Part shown: positions 36,940 through 50,345 of the stretch, piece after piece
How positions within the stretch are numbered: position 1 is the first letter of the stretch
How the letters are laid out: the number at the start of each line of letters is the position of its first letter
Translations under genes and position numbers: made by a program
The notes under the pieces: generated by a model
What the model was told of the DNA's origin: nothing
What the model saw: only the letters and a program-made list of their open reading frames with translations
Database searches by the model: none
Origin: Azolla caroliniana
Lineage: Eukaryota > Plantae > Polypodiophyta
DNA length: 64,000 bases
Direction of reading: 5' to 3'
NCBI GenBank assembly: GCA_043228905.1
Contig: JBHGNT010000015.1
Location: 14,198,001 to 14,262,000 of the forward strand

Positions 36940-39900
36940 TTATGTACAAATCCCTAAAGGGACGCGATAGTTCCATCTAATGTGGAAGCCCACTGACTCA
37001 AGAAAGGGAGAGGACAACCATTGTTGGATGAAGGCTATGCATTGTCTTTCAACTCCCTCGGAGCCACCTTTAAGGCCATCATATTGGCTCTTCAGAGTGG
37101 CTACAACTTCACTCCATATCTCTTGCAGTAACCTTGTTGGATGGGTGGTTTGGTTGGAGAAGACTCGCCTACATCGTTGTTTCCATAGAATCCAAAGGGT
37201 TATTGGGTGACCAATTCCACCACCTCTTGAGATTTGTCATTAAGAGGAAAATAGTGGACATTGTCGTTGGAGGAGAAAAGAACCTCTTGTGCTTTTATCA
37301 CCAAAGTCATCCCCTCCTCCTGATGCTCGTATCGGCCAATTGCAGCCTGCCATGATAGCCAACATATCTTTCCCCACTTGATTGAACCTTGCACCTGGCA
37401 TAACTGCAACAAGCGGCCAACCCCCCGCCATGTTCTATGGGACGTTGGGCAGTCCCACAGAGCGTGTCGTATGGATTCTACTGAATGTGGGCACTCTACA
37501 CAATTAGGAGAGTTAAGGTTCCCACGTTGCCATGCTCCCACCGGTAGGGACTTATGTATTAACAGCCATTGGAAAGTGGTAATTCGCCTCGTGTGTTGTT
37601 GCTTCCAGATTTTCTGCCAAAACTTGGTGATTATTGCGGAGGGAACTTGAAATGTGCGCCAGACCTTTGCAGCAGCCGGTTCTCGGGCGGCTTGAGCAGC
37701 TAGAATGTGGCAACCCAATCTAGTTGTGAATTGGAAGAAAGGGATGGGTTTGCTTCCTTGCCCCACGTAGGGATCACGCCATGTCCATTGCAAAGGGTCC
37801 CAACTGACCTTACGCAGCCATGTGTTTTCATGAGTACATATATGCCAATCAGGTTGTACTTTGATCGGATCAGGATCTACAATCCATTTATGACCAGTGT
37901 ACGCGAGTACTCGAATGGCGTTATTCTGTGTGGGTGTCTCAGTGTCTCTCACTTCATGCCCTTCGAGCATGTCTGGTGATCCCCTACCTCTCGGGATCAA
38001 AGAGCCCTCCTCCTCGTGGCCTATCCATTTCTCCATTGTTGTCCTTTGAGTAGAAGAGTCCCTAATCCGTAACGCGTTAATGATTTCCGATCTCATAGTC
38101 CATCCGCCCCTGATTCCATGGAGTATGTTCGCTTGATCTTGTAGTGGCATTCACATAAACCGTCGCCAACATTCAATACTTTTGCTTGGACCTTCTGCAA
38201 TGTATCCCCATGACAACCCCTTACGTGATCCCAGTAGTTGATTAGATTCATCCTTGAGACATGGGTTCCATAGGATACGTTGACTGAGCCAGGCAGGTTC
38301 GGATCTCGGTTGATCACACTGGGGCCCCCGACGAATGTCACACCATGCCTTCCACATGGATGCACTGAATCTGTCCTCCAAATGGCGGGAGAAACTAGGT
38401 TTGAGATCCATGTTTAGAATCCATTCCGTTTGGGGGGCCCAATTGACCCCTTTTCGTGGCTTAAAGTAAGCGAAACGTAACCTCAATAGCATTTTCCAAC
38501 AATCATTTCCTGGTTGGAGTCCTCGCACCACAAATTTGGCAAGTAAGGCTTTCGATTGTGAAAGGGGATCAATAAGACCCAATCCCTCTCTCAACTTAGG
38601 TGTTGTGAGTATAGGCCACGCCACATTGGCGCGAGCTACATGGTCTTCCTTACCATACCAAATGTAGTTGCGGACCAGTCGTTGAATCTGATGTATTCTT
38701 TCTTTGGAGATTGTCCAGCATGATAGACTGTACCATGTTGTTGCGAGGAGTACCTGATTTGCCACTATGATGCGACTTGCTAGCGATAATTTTTTAGAGC
38801 TTCAATGTATCAACTTTTGTCGAATGGAGAGGATAACGGGTGCAATCATAGTCTCCGACGGTATGTTGAAGCCAATTTGGAAGCCCAAATATTTGGTGCT
38901 CGCTCCTTGATTGATCCACTTGAAAGCGGGGTGAGGGTGCCACGCCGGATGTGTTTCCTGAGAAAGCCATATTGCACAGGATTTGTGCCAATTGATCATG
39001 GCGTTGGATTGCTTGCAAAATAAAACTAGCCCACTTTCTAGCTTTTGGAGGTTGTCCAGGTCCCCTTGCAGGTAGACTGTTGTGTCATCTGCAAATTCTA
39101 TATCTAGGATGCTTTGGTAAGAATGAGGTATGGGAAGACCACGTAGGTTGAGATGCCGCGAGTTGAGAAAGCAAGAGAGTGCTTTGGCGTATAATAGAAA
39201 TAAGGATGGGGCTAGTGGAGATTGTCCAGCATGATAGACTGTACCATGTTGTTGCGAGGAGTACCTGATTTGCCACTATGATGCGACCTGCTAGCGATAA
39301 TTTTTTAGAGCTCCAATGTATCAACTTTTGTCGAATGGAGAGGATAACGGGTGCAATCATAGTCTCCGATGGTATGTTGAAGCCAATTTGGAAGCCCAAA
39401 TATTTGGTGCTCGCTCCTTGATTGATCCACTTGAAAGCGGGGTGAGGGTGCCACGCCGGATGTGTTTCCTGAGAAAGCCATATTGCACAGGATTTGTGCC
39501 AATTGATCATGGCGTTGGATCGCTTGCAAAATAAAACTAGCCCACTTTCTAGCTTTTGGAGGTTGTCCAGGTCCCCTTGCAGGTAGATTGTTGTGTCATC
39601 TGCAAATTCTATATCTAGGATGCTTTGGTAAGAATGAGGTATGGGAAGACCACGTAGGTTGAGATGCCGCGAGTTGAGAAAGCAAGAGAGTGCTTTGGCG
39701 TATAATAGAAATAAGGATGGGGCTAGTGGACATCCCTGTTGTACAAAGCGGGATATTCGGAAAAAGGGGCCCCTTTCACCTGCCAGCGAAACACAACTGC
39801 TGCCATTCCTATAAAATCCTGCAATGCCTTTGATCCATGTCTCTTGAAAGCCGAGTTTCCTCATCACACTTTCTAGAAAGTTCCAGCATACCCTATCATA

Positions 39901-41731
39901 GGCTTTCTCAAAATCTAGTAGCACCACCGCTACCTTCTTGTTGGTCTGCTTGGCAAGGGCTACTGCTTCCCAAAATGAGAAGAGGTTGTCTAGGATGCTC
40001 CGATTTCTAACGAAACCTGTCTGTGACGGATGAATGAGTTGAGGAAGAAGTGGAGTTAAACGGCATGCCATGATTTTTGCGAGCAACTTATAGATAGTAT
40101 TGAGAAGAGTAATGGGCCGCCATTTGTGAATGTCATTGGCATTCCCACCACTTTTAGGAATGAGATGTATCATCCCCTATCCAAAGTCCTCCGGCATGCT
40201 TCCAAAGGTGATGATCTCCTCATATGCCTGGAGGAGGTCTTCTTTAATAGTGCCCCAAAGGCATGTCAAAAAATGCGGGGTGAGATCGTCAATTCCGGGG
40301 CAGCTCTCAGCATCTAAATCAGTGAGGGCGTCCCATATCTCAATGATTGATAAAGGACGCACAAGCCAGGTATTCATTTCCAGTGTGACTTTCTCGGGTA
40401 TGCTTTGGAGGATAATATCATCGCTTATGTCTTCCTCTGTAGCTATCATGTCTTCGGTAAGTAGGCGACTATAATACCTTGTGGCAATATTCCTCATTTC
40501 GTCGCCATCCTCAGTGGTTGAGGCTGCGCATCACAGTTCTATCGTGCCTCGGGCTTTTGGAGCGGAAGAATTCCTTTGTGGTTTTGTCTCCTACTCGAAT
40601 CCATCGCGCCATGCTGCCATGAAACTCCATGTCATATATTGCCTTTTCTGCCATGCTAAGTTCCTGTTTGGCCGTGGCGACTTGTCCTGCGATCCAACTA
40701 CAGGATGGGTATCTCTGTTGGAGGCATTGTAAGGCTATTAGTCCCCGTTTTGTCCTCTGTCGCTTCTCCTGAGCATCCTTGCGTCTGGTCTTGACAATCT
40801 CATGTAGGAGAGTAGAGGCTCTTGTTAATTTAGCTAAAAGTTTGTCCGATGCTGATAAGCCATTGACGGGTAATGACCATTGGTTGGATAGTTGGTCCTT
40901 CACGTCTATAAGTGTGTAAATAGTGTGTGGGATGTGAGTCTGGAATGGGCCCCATTTTCGGTGCAATTGAAAATGACCAGCTATCGGGTAATGGTCAGAG
41001 AAAGTCATGCCTGGAGTTATGCGACACCACCCTCCCTTCGCTTCTAAAGCCTCCCCCACATAAATGCGGTCAATGCGAGATAGGGTGGGTCCACTATTCC
41101 GCCCGTCTGATCGGGAGAATAGGAGAGAGTCACTTTTACGTTGGAAGTTGGCAGAATGCCAGATGTCTCGCAGGTTAAGGTGGACACATAGCTTCTCCCA
41201 TTGTTTGCGTTCCCTTCCTTGTAGGACTATGGGGTTGTTGTTGGAACTATCATGAATGGATTCGATCATATTAAAATCCCCTCCAATGCACCACTCTTCC
41301 GCACCCACTACTTGTAGGCGGATGCGGTCCCAGAATGTTGCTCTTTCTGTTCTGTTGTTTGGAGCATAAACATTCATGAAGTTCCATCGTTGCCCTTGGA
41401 TGGTCAGCGTGCAAAAATGTGCCCAACCAGGTATAAGTGATTCTTGGTGTATTAATCCCTGGGCTAGATATTCCCGAATCAAAGTGCAAATACCACCATG
41501 ATTTCCATCCTCCCCAATTGCTGGCTCCCAAATCGTTCGCCATGATCCTGGTAGAAGGTCTCCGACTTCCTTTAACTGTGTGCTATCGAGGTGGTGTTCC
41601 TGCAACATGATGATGTCAACACCACTCCCTAGTAAATGTTCTTCAAGATCCCTTCTCAGTTTCCATCTATTTTGTTGGTCTAGTCTACTTCTGAGTCCTT
41701 GCACGTTCCATGTTATAATCTTCATACTCAT
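36940..41731 (-). pseudogene. L1 ORF2: APE endonuclease, RT and zf-RVT
   Basis: KIITWNVQGL, LQEHH, GGDFN, RIDRIY, SDHYP, WRPITLLNTIYK, LDFEKAYDRV, QGCPLAP, FADD and CVEC...HALWDC. Frameshifted. Confidence 0.93.
38705..39730. repeat. 511-bp tandem duplication inside the L1 RT region
   Basis: 38705-39215 is repeated at 39216-39726, with TGGA microhomology at all three junctions. Confidence 0.93.
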
Positions 41732-43460
41732 GGAATGGGGTGGGAGGTTGCCAGTTGTGCCTGGTGCTTTGTACAACAGGTCGTGAGTGGGGAGCACTCA
41801 CCATTTACACATCCAGACATTTCTAGGGATGGAATAGTGGTCCACATCCATGAGTGGAGTTTGTGGGCTATCTTGTGGGCTTCAATCGCCCCTTCATGCT
41901 TCTCATAGAAATAGACAAAGCTTGGAGTTAGTTGGGTGTTTATGATAGTCCGCAGGTGGATGTGGCAAAGATGGGGGTCCTCTTCATCCATGGTGCACCA
42001 GAATTCAGTGTTATGCCAATGTTGCTTTAGTTCATTCATGAGCTCTTCATCTCTTATTTGTGCTACAAAGCACGCTGCTTGGTTACATAACATATCTTTA
42101 ATCTTGGATTTCGACCAATCTTCCTGAGTCGAAAGCAAGAGTGGAAAGGAGATTGAGGTCGTCGGAACTCCGTTATTGTGCACCACTGATACATGTACCC
42201 TTATTTTTTCCACTGCCTTGGGCCCTATACCTAGCCATTTCAAGGCATTTTGTGGGTGTGGTTCAAGCTCTTCGCTAGAGGAAGCACACTCATTTGTGTC
42301 CGAGACGACTATGATTTGAGGCGTGACATTCACACTTCTGCCTTGGGTTGCTTCTTCTGCATTGGGTGTCGTTCCACTCAAGCTCCTTATTAGGGTCTTT
42401 ACATGACTTATTCATCTGCATTTCCCTGTTTTGTAAGCTTTAACGAGAACTTTCTCTTGGGTGCTTGGTGCCACCTTAGGTCGTTCCTTTGGGCTTACGA
42501 AAGAACTAGGGGAATGCTCATCTATGGGGGGGAGCTCTTGTAGTAGATCAAAGCGATTGGGGCTCATAGGCGATGGAGGATTTTGTGCCGGTGATGTTTT
42601 CCGAAGGACATGGGTTTTTCCCACCACTCGCCATTCCATCACAGCCTTGTCGGGTCGTGGTGGGGGAGGCTTTTGATGTCTTATGGTATCCTGACCTTCC
42701 AAGGTCTCCTTTGTAGGATCTTTAATACGTCTTGTGGGGCAATTCTTTTTTAAATGACCAAGTTTTTTGCATGCAAAAAATTGCCCCGGTGCGCCAATCA
42801 CTTCTATGCGTTGTTCAATTCGCATTCCGTTTTTCCGGGAATGAGGATCTTGGAGGGAAGTTTATTGATGTCCTGCACCAAGAGGCGGATAGAGGGAGGG
42901 CTTAGGTGCTTCTTTAGTTTGTTTGCTAGCGTTAATTCCTCATCCAACATCATCCCAAAGGAGTTGCCAATAGTAGGAAGTAGCATGTTGTATTCTAAGG
43001 ATAGTCCAGGAAACAACATTATTACCTTTTTCATGGAGTCGTCCTGTTGTGCGGCTTTCTCTGGGTTAAAACCATGTGTCCATTTACGCATGAACAACCA
43101 TGTATTACGGACCTGGCATGGGGAAAGTGCTATGAGGTTCGTTGCAGACTCCGTGTCTTCTAGTATGATTTGATAGAAGCCTTTACCAAGCGGTTGGACT
43201 TCTTTTATACCACGGAGTTGTGAATGAAATTGAGCTTGCAACATATCTCGCAACAACCCTCTGTTTGGTCGTGATCCCATCACTCGGCATATGACCGCAA
43301 TTCGCTCAAGGCGCTCTATCTCTTTCTCAAGTAGAAGCATCTCTTCGTTGTTGAAAAAAATCTCAACAGGACCCCCGTTATCAGAGATGTTTTGTCCGTT
43401 ATCGATCGAGGGGCTTGTTGGTGCAATGTGTTCGACAGTGGCGATGTTTGAAGGTGCCAT
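41728..43460 (-). pseudogene. L1 ORF1 (DUF4283/RRM-like, zinc knuckle, extra C-terminal domain)
   Basis: VQPLGKGFYQIILE, LFMRKWTHGF, and (C/F)FACKKLGHLKKNCP knuckle. Broken into three ORFs. Confidence 0.85.
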
Positions 43461-43496
43461 CTTTTTTTTCCTTTTTTCCTTTTTTTTTTTTTTTGC

Positions 43497-43725
43497 AGGG
43501 GTTTCACTCCTCGAAGGTTGGGTTCACTCCTCGAACAGTGTGTGGGGGGGGGGCCTCTAACTACACTCCTCGAAGGTTGGGTTCACTCCTCGAACAGTGT
43601 GTGGGGGGGGGGGGCTCTAACTACACTCCTCGAAGGTTGGGTTCACTCCTCGAACAGTGTGTGTGTGTGGGGGGGGAAGGGGGGGTTCACTCCTCAAAAC
43701 CTGCTCCTCCTCGAACAGTGGGGGA
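43497..43725. repeat. About 61-bp tandem repeats with long G tracts in the L1 5' UTR
   Basis: gggttcactcctcgaacagtgtgtg(g)n-ctctaactacactcctcgaaggtt occurs about three times plus partial copies. Confidence 0.88.
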
Positions 43726-46700
43726 GGTGTGAGAGGAAAACCCTAAAGGATGGCCTCCTCACGAAACTGAGGAGGGTGATGCAGCAACGGCGGGGAGGAG
43801 AGGCGCTCCGGCTCCAGCTCCTGCTCCTGCGTTTGTGATCCTTTTGTGTCACAAAGAGGCATCTCTCGGCCCCTGCTCTGGCTCCGGCTCCGGCTCCTGC
43901 TCCGCTGCTTACAGGCGCAAGTCAGCCCTCCTGCGCCGCTGCTCTGCTGTGCCGGGCAGGTCTCCTGGTGAGACGCCCACACCGCAAACCTCCGCCGGGG
44001 GTTGGCGCGCCGCTCTGCTACACCCGCTCTGATGCACCCGCTCTGCTTCGGGAATCTCTATTACATCCCACAACATATACTCTATAAAAATGTTTCATTT
44101 TTTGTCACATAAATCTTCGACCTTTCTGGGGATGATGATAGAATCCCTAATGTTTTTACCAACTCCCTTCAATTATTCCCATTTTACTTCATAAATGCAA
44201 TTAATCAAAGATTTTGACATCCCACGGCAAAGTTTCACAATGGAGACAATTATAGCTTTGTATTTACAAAATAGTTATTTTAAGAAATATCAATAATTTA
44301 AAAAATATGTCACCTCAATTGAAATGGGGAAAACATGTCACAAAAGAAAACAAGCTACTTTAAGTAAAGAACAACACCTAGCCTAAATCCTTTTGAAACA
44401 AGAACAAGTCTTTGCCACATACATATAGGAGACGCATATAGGTAAGCATTCCCGTCTTCTAAAATATATTCGGAAGGCCAGTTCATGCGTACACACATAT
44501 TTAAGATCAAGACAATAACAGATTTTAGTCCAAGGTCCTTGTTTGTGCATGATAATGTCATCATGAGTTTTAAAACCACTCCATAACTTGTGCTCCAATA
44601 ATGAGCATAAATGTATCCCTAATTAATTAAATGTCGCTCATGAACAACCTTATGATTAGAAACTATCTTGAAGGCTATGGTTTAGACATAAAGCTATGCT
44701 TTTTTATGTTTGTCATCAAAAGCTAGATATGGTGTGACACCTACCTAATAAAATGGAATTGACAATATATACATCCTAAATGACAGTTGGTGGATCAATC
44801 CGTTATGAATCATATCTCTTCAATGCAAAAAAGTTTCTTCTCGAGCCTATATCTACTTCTCAAGGAATTCAATGACTAATTGTTAGACTAGGAAAACCTC
44901 CAACTAGGCTAGTTTCATATATTCAATGTACCGTTGTTATGTACACACACACACAGACACACACACACATAAGTAACTCTTAGGCTTCTTTCAATGTAGA
45001 CAATCTGAAAGTATATTTGTACAATATTATAAGACCGCATAGGAGACATCTAGAAAATTACTTTCTTTGAAGAGACCCTATTTGGTATGTTCTAGCTTTC
45101 CTTGGTTAGTGAATGCAATATTTTTAAGTTAAATATGGACATAGGTATCATAGATGATATTATTCCAAAATTCTCTCTAATGATATTACAACCATACTAA
45201 AAACGCTGGTCTAAGCAATCTCATAAAACTTGAAACTTCTCAAATAACAATGATAAGAATGAGTATTGTACTTTGATAGTGGCACTTGGCCTTTATGTAA
45301 AAAACTTTCCATCACGTTTTTCAACTTTAGATACCCTTTAGTTTACATTAAGCTTTAAAATGTCACATACTTACATTAGAACCTTGCTTTTATTTAAAAA
45401 AGTTAGCAAATGTAAAGTTTTATTGCATTGTACAAAAACATATGCAATGGGCTTCACATGATAATAAGACAATCAGATGTTGTCAATTTTCCCTTCCTTT
45501 ATACTCAATTGTATCAAATGTATCAAATGTATCAAAAACACTTTCCATGGATTTTGAAAGGATAAATAAGATAAGGAGATATCCTTGTGTTCAATTACGT
45601 TACTCTTTATTCTACAACAAGACCATTAACATATAAACAAATGACACACTGAGTGCATTAAACAAAAATGATTAGTTGTGACATAGGCAGACAAAAATAT
45701 TATTAAAGTGTAAATCAAAAACCGATTTAATAAAGAATAGAGATTTAGTATCAAAAACATGTAAATGAATATAAATTTAGTAACAAAAACATCTGAATGA
45801 AATACTTACGGGTATTATATATGTATTACAATAACATGGTAGATTTGTATATTGTGCTTTTTTGCATGATATGTTAGTGTAACATCCTTTAAAAAAGAAA
45901 ATAAAAAGAAGGCTTACCAACAAGTTCTCGATTGCGTGGTATAATGTTTGTCAAAGGGAAGAGAAAGCAAGGAACTTAGAAGTTATTTTATCAATACTTT
46001 GTACATTTTGCATTAGTATGGAGACGCAAAAAGTATACAAAAAGGCATGGATGTTCGCAGGTTTATGGTTTTTGTGTGGAGCTTAGGGTAGATATAAACA
46101 TACCAAAAGACAAGGAATACAATAAAATGAAGGTAGATCTAACACAAGATTAGGATGTTTTTATTAAGTTACCTCTCTAATAGTTAATAAAAAACAAAAG
46201 AATTACAAGTGTGAACTAATACTACGACTAATTAAAATAATAATAATAATGATGATTATGTTGGTAAAAATCTAGGACATCTACATAATTCAATCATGTT
46301 ATTCATTTATTTGTCAACCTACTATATATAAATGTTTTTTATAGAAATTATTTAGCATAATATTGACTCTCGAGTCTTGACTCTTGACATGTATAGAATC
46401 ACTACAATTGTCAAGATGAGACTCCACCTATTTTTCACCACAAGAGTAAGAAATATTCATCATGTTTAATTACCCCAAACAAAATGATTTTCAATTAAAA
46501 AAAAACGTGAAAAATAGAAGTTAATATATAGTCTTGATGAGAGTAGAGATAGACATTAACACGATGAGTCAGTAATATATATATATATATATAGCCAACC
46601 TAGAACCTAAAGCTCAAGAGTCAAGAGAAAACTGACAATGAATTTGTGGAGGAAGTTCAAGGAGCATAAGAAGGTGAGAAGCTCAAACAAAATCTATTGC

Positions 46701-47108
46701 TTATATGTACATTCCCATTTTGTTAATCTTGCAAATATAACTTATACAACGTAAGAAAACAATATGGTCCAAGAAGGTTTGACAATGAGTAACCAAACTT
46801 TTTCTATCCATACCAAAAGTGTTTGCACACTCAGAAGATGCCAAAGAATTGAAGAGTAATGTATGATGTAGGTGGGATGTCCACATATTCAACACATTGC
46901 CAAAGAGAAATCATAAAGTGTGGACGTGCAAAAGGGAGGTATATAGATGGCATCCAAATAGTTCAGCCATTGCACTATTTATGTGTGGGCGACTGACTAC
47001 TAACATTCAATGTAGCCAATAGATGGCCTATAGTAGTGTCGGCAAATTGGTCTAAGAGTCTATGAGGATTGGAGACATATATCTCTCACATACACACACA
47101 CACAATCC

Positions 47109-47118
47109 CTATATATAG
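47109..47118 (+). promoter_or_regulatory. Putative TATA box of the PME gene
   Basis: ctatatatag about 160 bp upstream of the ATG. Confidence 0.4.
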
Positions 47119-47273
47119 CTACATAGATTGTTAACACAATAAACGTGATCACCCACACTTATACTAATAATACCAATATCACCCACCAAACCACCTAGTG
47201 TCTCCCATTTTCATACCGGAATAGAGATCTACTAGACATCTACATTCACTATTTAGTATATACACTAGGTCAC

Positions 47274-49192
47274 ATGAGCATGATGACCTCCTCCTCTACT
47301 TCATGCCTCCTCCTCCGCTCGGGATGCCCCCGCATTGCCATATCCATTTTTGCGCTTATCCTTTGCGTCAATTTCGCATTCGTGGTCCCTTCCATGGCTG
47401 CCCCTTACCTCGCCCACGAGAAGCTCATACAAGCCATATGCAACCACACCACGTATCCATCGGTGTGCGTGGAGGAGCTCTCCTCGTTCGATTTTGTTGC
47501 GAATCCCATCCCTAAGCCAATGGATCTCGTGGCCTACATGCTCCAAGCGGCTGGGACGCAGTGCGACCAAGGCACTGAATTGGCCCACAATAGCACCCAC
47601 GAAGGGAGCGCGGCGACCCCATTGGTCGACCAATGTGCGGGTGTGTGCGTGGAGGTTCTCGAGGACGCAAGGGAGCAGCTCCGCTACGCGGGGGACCGCC
47701 TGGCCGCGATGGACTCGGCCACGGTGGCCGACCTCGAGAAGCTTAAAGAGAAGCTCATTGATGTGAAGGTGTGGTTGAGCTCCGCGCTTAGCTTCCAAAT
47801 CTCGTGCGTGGACAACTTTGAGTTCGCGCCGGGCTTTGTGCAAGAACGCCTCCAAGCCGAGCAATCCTACCTAGGCAAAGTCATCGGGGACTCGATATGC
47901 CTCATTGGGGTTCTGTCCCAGGTCGGGAACAACTTGGAGAAGTGGCTCGGCCCGCTCCCGCAAGAGCCACCTTTCATCGGACACCCGGGCAGCGGGGGGA
48001 GGCGGAGACGGAGGCTCCTGTGGGATCGGCCCAATTTGCTTACGGCTGCGGAGCTCGGACTCCGAGAAGGAGACGAGTTCCCCGCATGGGTCTCGGCGGG
48101 CGACCGCCGGCTCCTCCAATCCTCCACTTCATCCATCTCAGCGAACATTGTGGTGGCCAAGGATGGGAGTGGACAATTCACAACCATCACGGCCGCGCTC
48201 AATGGGATGCCGTCCTCATACTCAGGCCGCTTCGTGATCTACATCAAGGCCGGGGTGTACAACGAGGTCTTCAACGTGTCGTCGAGCAAGAAGAAGGTGA
48301 CGTTCATCGGGGACGGGATCGGGGTCACTATCATCACTGGGAACCGCAATGTGGCGAGCGGGAACTACAACACGTACCGCACCTCGACCGTGGGTATGGA
48401 CCGATCCCATCCATTTCTTCCTTTTTTTGTGTGCTTAGATGAATTAAGCTGCCATAGCATGATGACTAGAAATGGTTGGGGCTGAATTCATGTGTAGGTA
48501 TCGCGGGCGCCGAGTTCTATGCTCGGGACATCACGTTCCGGAACACGGCAGGGCCGTCCGGGCACCAAGCCGTGGCCTTGCGGGCTGGGGCGGACTTCCT
48601 AGTCTTCTACCGGTGCAGTTTCGAGGGGTACCAAGACACATTGTACGCACTCTCGAGCAGGCAGTTCTACCGCGAGTGCCGCATCTACGGGACGGTCGAC
48701 TTCATCTTCGGAAACGCGATCGCCGTGTTCCAGAACTGTGTGCTCCTCGCGCGCCTCCCGCTCCAAGGCCAGCAGAACACTTACACGGCCCAAGGCCGGA
48801 CGCTCTCCTCGGACATATCGGGCTATGTGTTCCAGGGGTGCACTGTCACGGCCGACTCGTCCCTCCAGAATGCCCCTTACAAAGTGTCCACGTACCTCGG
48901 CCGCCCGTGGAAGGCCTACTCGCGCGTTGTGTTCATGCAGTCGGAGCTCCAAGGTCTCGTCGACCCCGCGGGATGGCTTCCGTGGAATGCCAGTAATCCC
49001 TTCACCGACACATTGTACTATGGAGAGTATGCCAACACGGGGGGCGGCGCCACCACATCGGGCCGCGTGAAATGGAAGGGTGTCCATCCTGCCTTGACCA
49101 GGTCCGAGGCGACCGATTTCACAGTTGCCGATTTCATCGCCGGCGACACGTGGCTTGATGCCTACGGTGTTCCGTATAAGGTGGGCCTATAG
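47274..49192 (+). CDS. PME: Pectin methylesterase with PMEI pro-domain (group 2/type I PME), 604 aa; exons 47274-48393 and 48498-49192
   Basis: N-terminal hydrophobic segment, PMEI cysteine pattern (ICNHTTYPSVC...CVEVL...WLSSALSFQISCVD), RRLL processing sites, and VAKDGSGQF, QAVALR, YQDTLY, GTVDFIFG, YLGRPWK and YGEY motifs. A 104-bp GT-AG intron joins STVG|IAG in frame. Confidence 0.97.
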
Positions 49193-50140
49193 AGAGTGAC
49201 AATATGTCATCCATTTCTTTGGTGTGTGTGGCAATACAAGGTGCCCATTCCATCCCCTATAAGGGCATAAATAAGCAACACTTCGTTGTTATTATTTGAT
49301 TGCATCGGGTTGGGTCTCCAGAGTGGGACATTATGTATCTCTTTAATCCCGGTCTTTGAAAAAATGTGAATTGGGTCCAAGACAAATACAATGTATTTTC
49401 GCATCCCTCTTTATTTGTCTATATTGTTGGGCATGTGCTTTATTTGTGTTAATGCTCTTGTTATGGTGGTGGCTTGGTTTCTATAGCCCCATAGTGTGTT
49501 CAATAAACGATATCCCAAGTGAATCCATTCTTCTTATTTTCGAGTTCACTATAATCTATGTACGTACTACTCATCGCATATTACACCTAACAGATGCCCA
49601 CATCTGAGGTTTTCGAGGTAGATATCAAGTCTATTGACATCTTTTTTGTTTGTTGCTCAATTGGCTAGTAAGTTTATTTGCCGAAGGTCCCTTATATTGT
49701 TGGTTTATTTTGTGTTGAACTAATTTTGATTGGGACATAGACTTCAGTTGCATTGTTACTTTATTGCCTAATTTCATTGGGATATGTAAAGTGAGTCATG
49801 GCGAAGCTTCCATGTCATTGTTGTTCATTACTTTATTTCATTGGGACTGAAATGTATTGCCCTATAAATATGCGACCTAGAGGATCCTTGTCTATCCATG
49901 ACATAGAATAGATTCAAAATACACCCATCACAACCTCCACCTCAGATCCAAATGAAAGACTATTATAAGTTACATTATCATGAAGAACTTTGTTGCGATT
50001 TAGTCTTGGGTCCACATTTTGGCTCCATCCATTTTAACGAGGAAAGCAAAGTCCCACCAACTTTTATGCATGTGCGGTAGTGTTTAAAATACCGAGTAAT
50101 GGATTGCAGTGAGCACATTTAATGCATGTCATCGATATTC

Positions 50141-50345
50141 AACTAGTCACAAGAATTCTTTCACCTCAATAATGGAGAGGTAAGCAACTATGTTGTGTAT
50201 AACACTTTTTTAAAGAGAAACATTGAAATCGAAAAAAGGACAGGAACCTTAACTAGTCACAAGAATTCTAAGGTAAGCAATTATGTTGTCTATAACATTT
50301 TTTCAAAGAGAAATGTTGAAATAAAAAAAATGACACGGAATCTTA
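50141..50345. repeat. Two-copy tandem repeat of about 95-110 bp
   Basis: aactagtcacaagaattct...aggtaagcaa.tatgttgt.tataaca occurs at 50141 and 50251. Confidence 0.8.

Larger units (their letters stand above)
36868..44051 (-). mobile_element. Full-length L1-clade LINE (decayed)
   Basis: A-rich tail (T-rich on +) at 36868-36891. 11-bp TSD gaatctctatt at 36857-36867 and 44052-44062. GC-rich 5' UTR, ORF1 and ORF2. Confidence 0.95.

Noticed and set aside
47301-49087. Overlapping alternative-frame and antisense ORFs in PME
   Set aside because: Expected from high GC content; no recognisable motifs.
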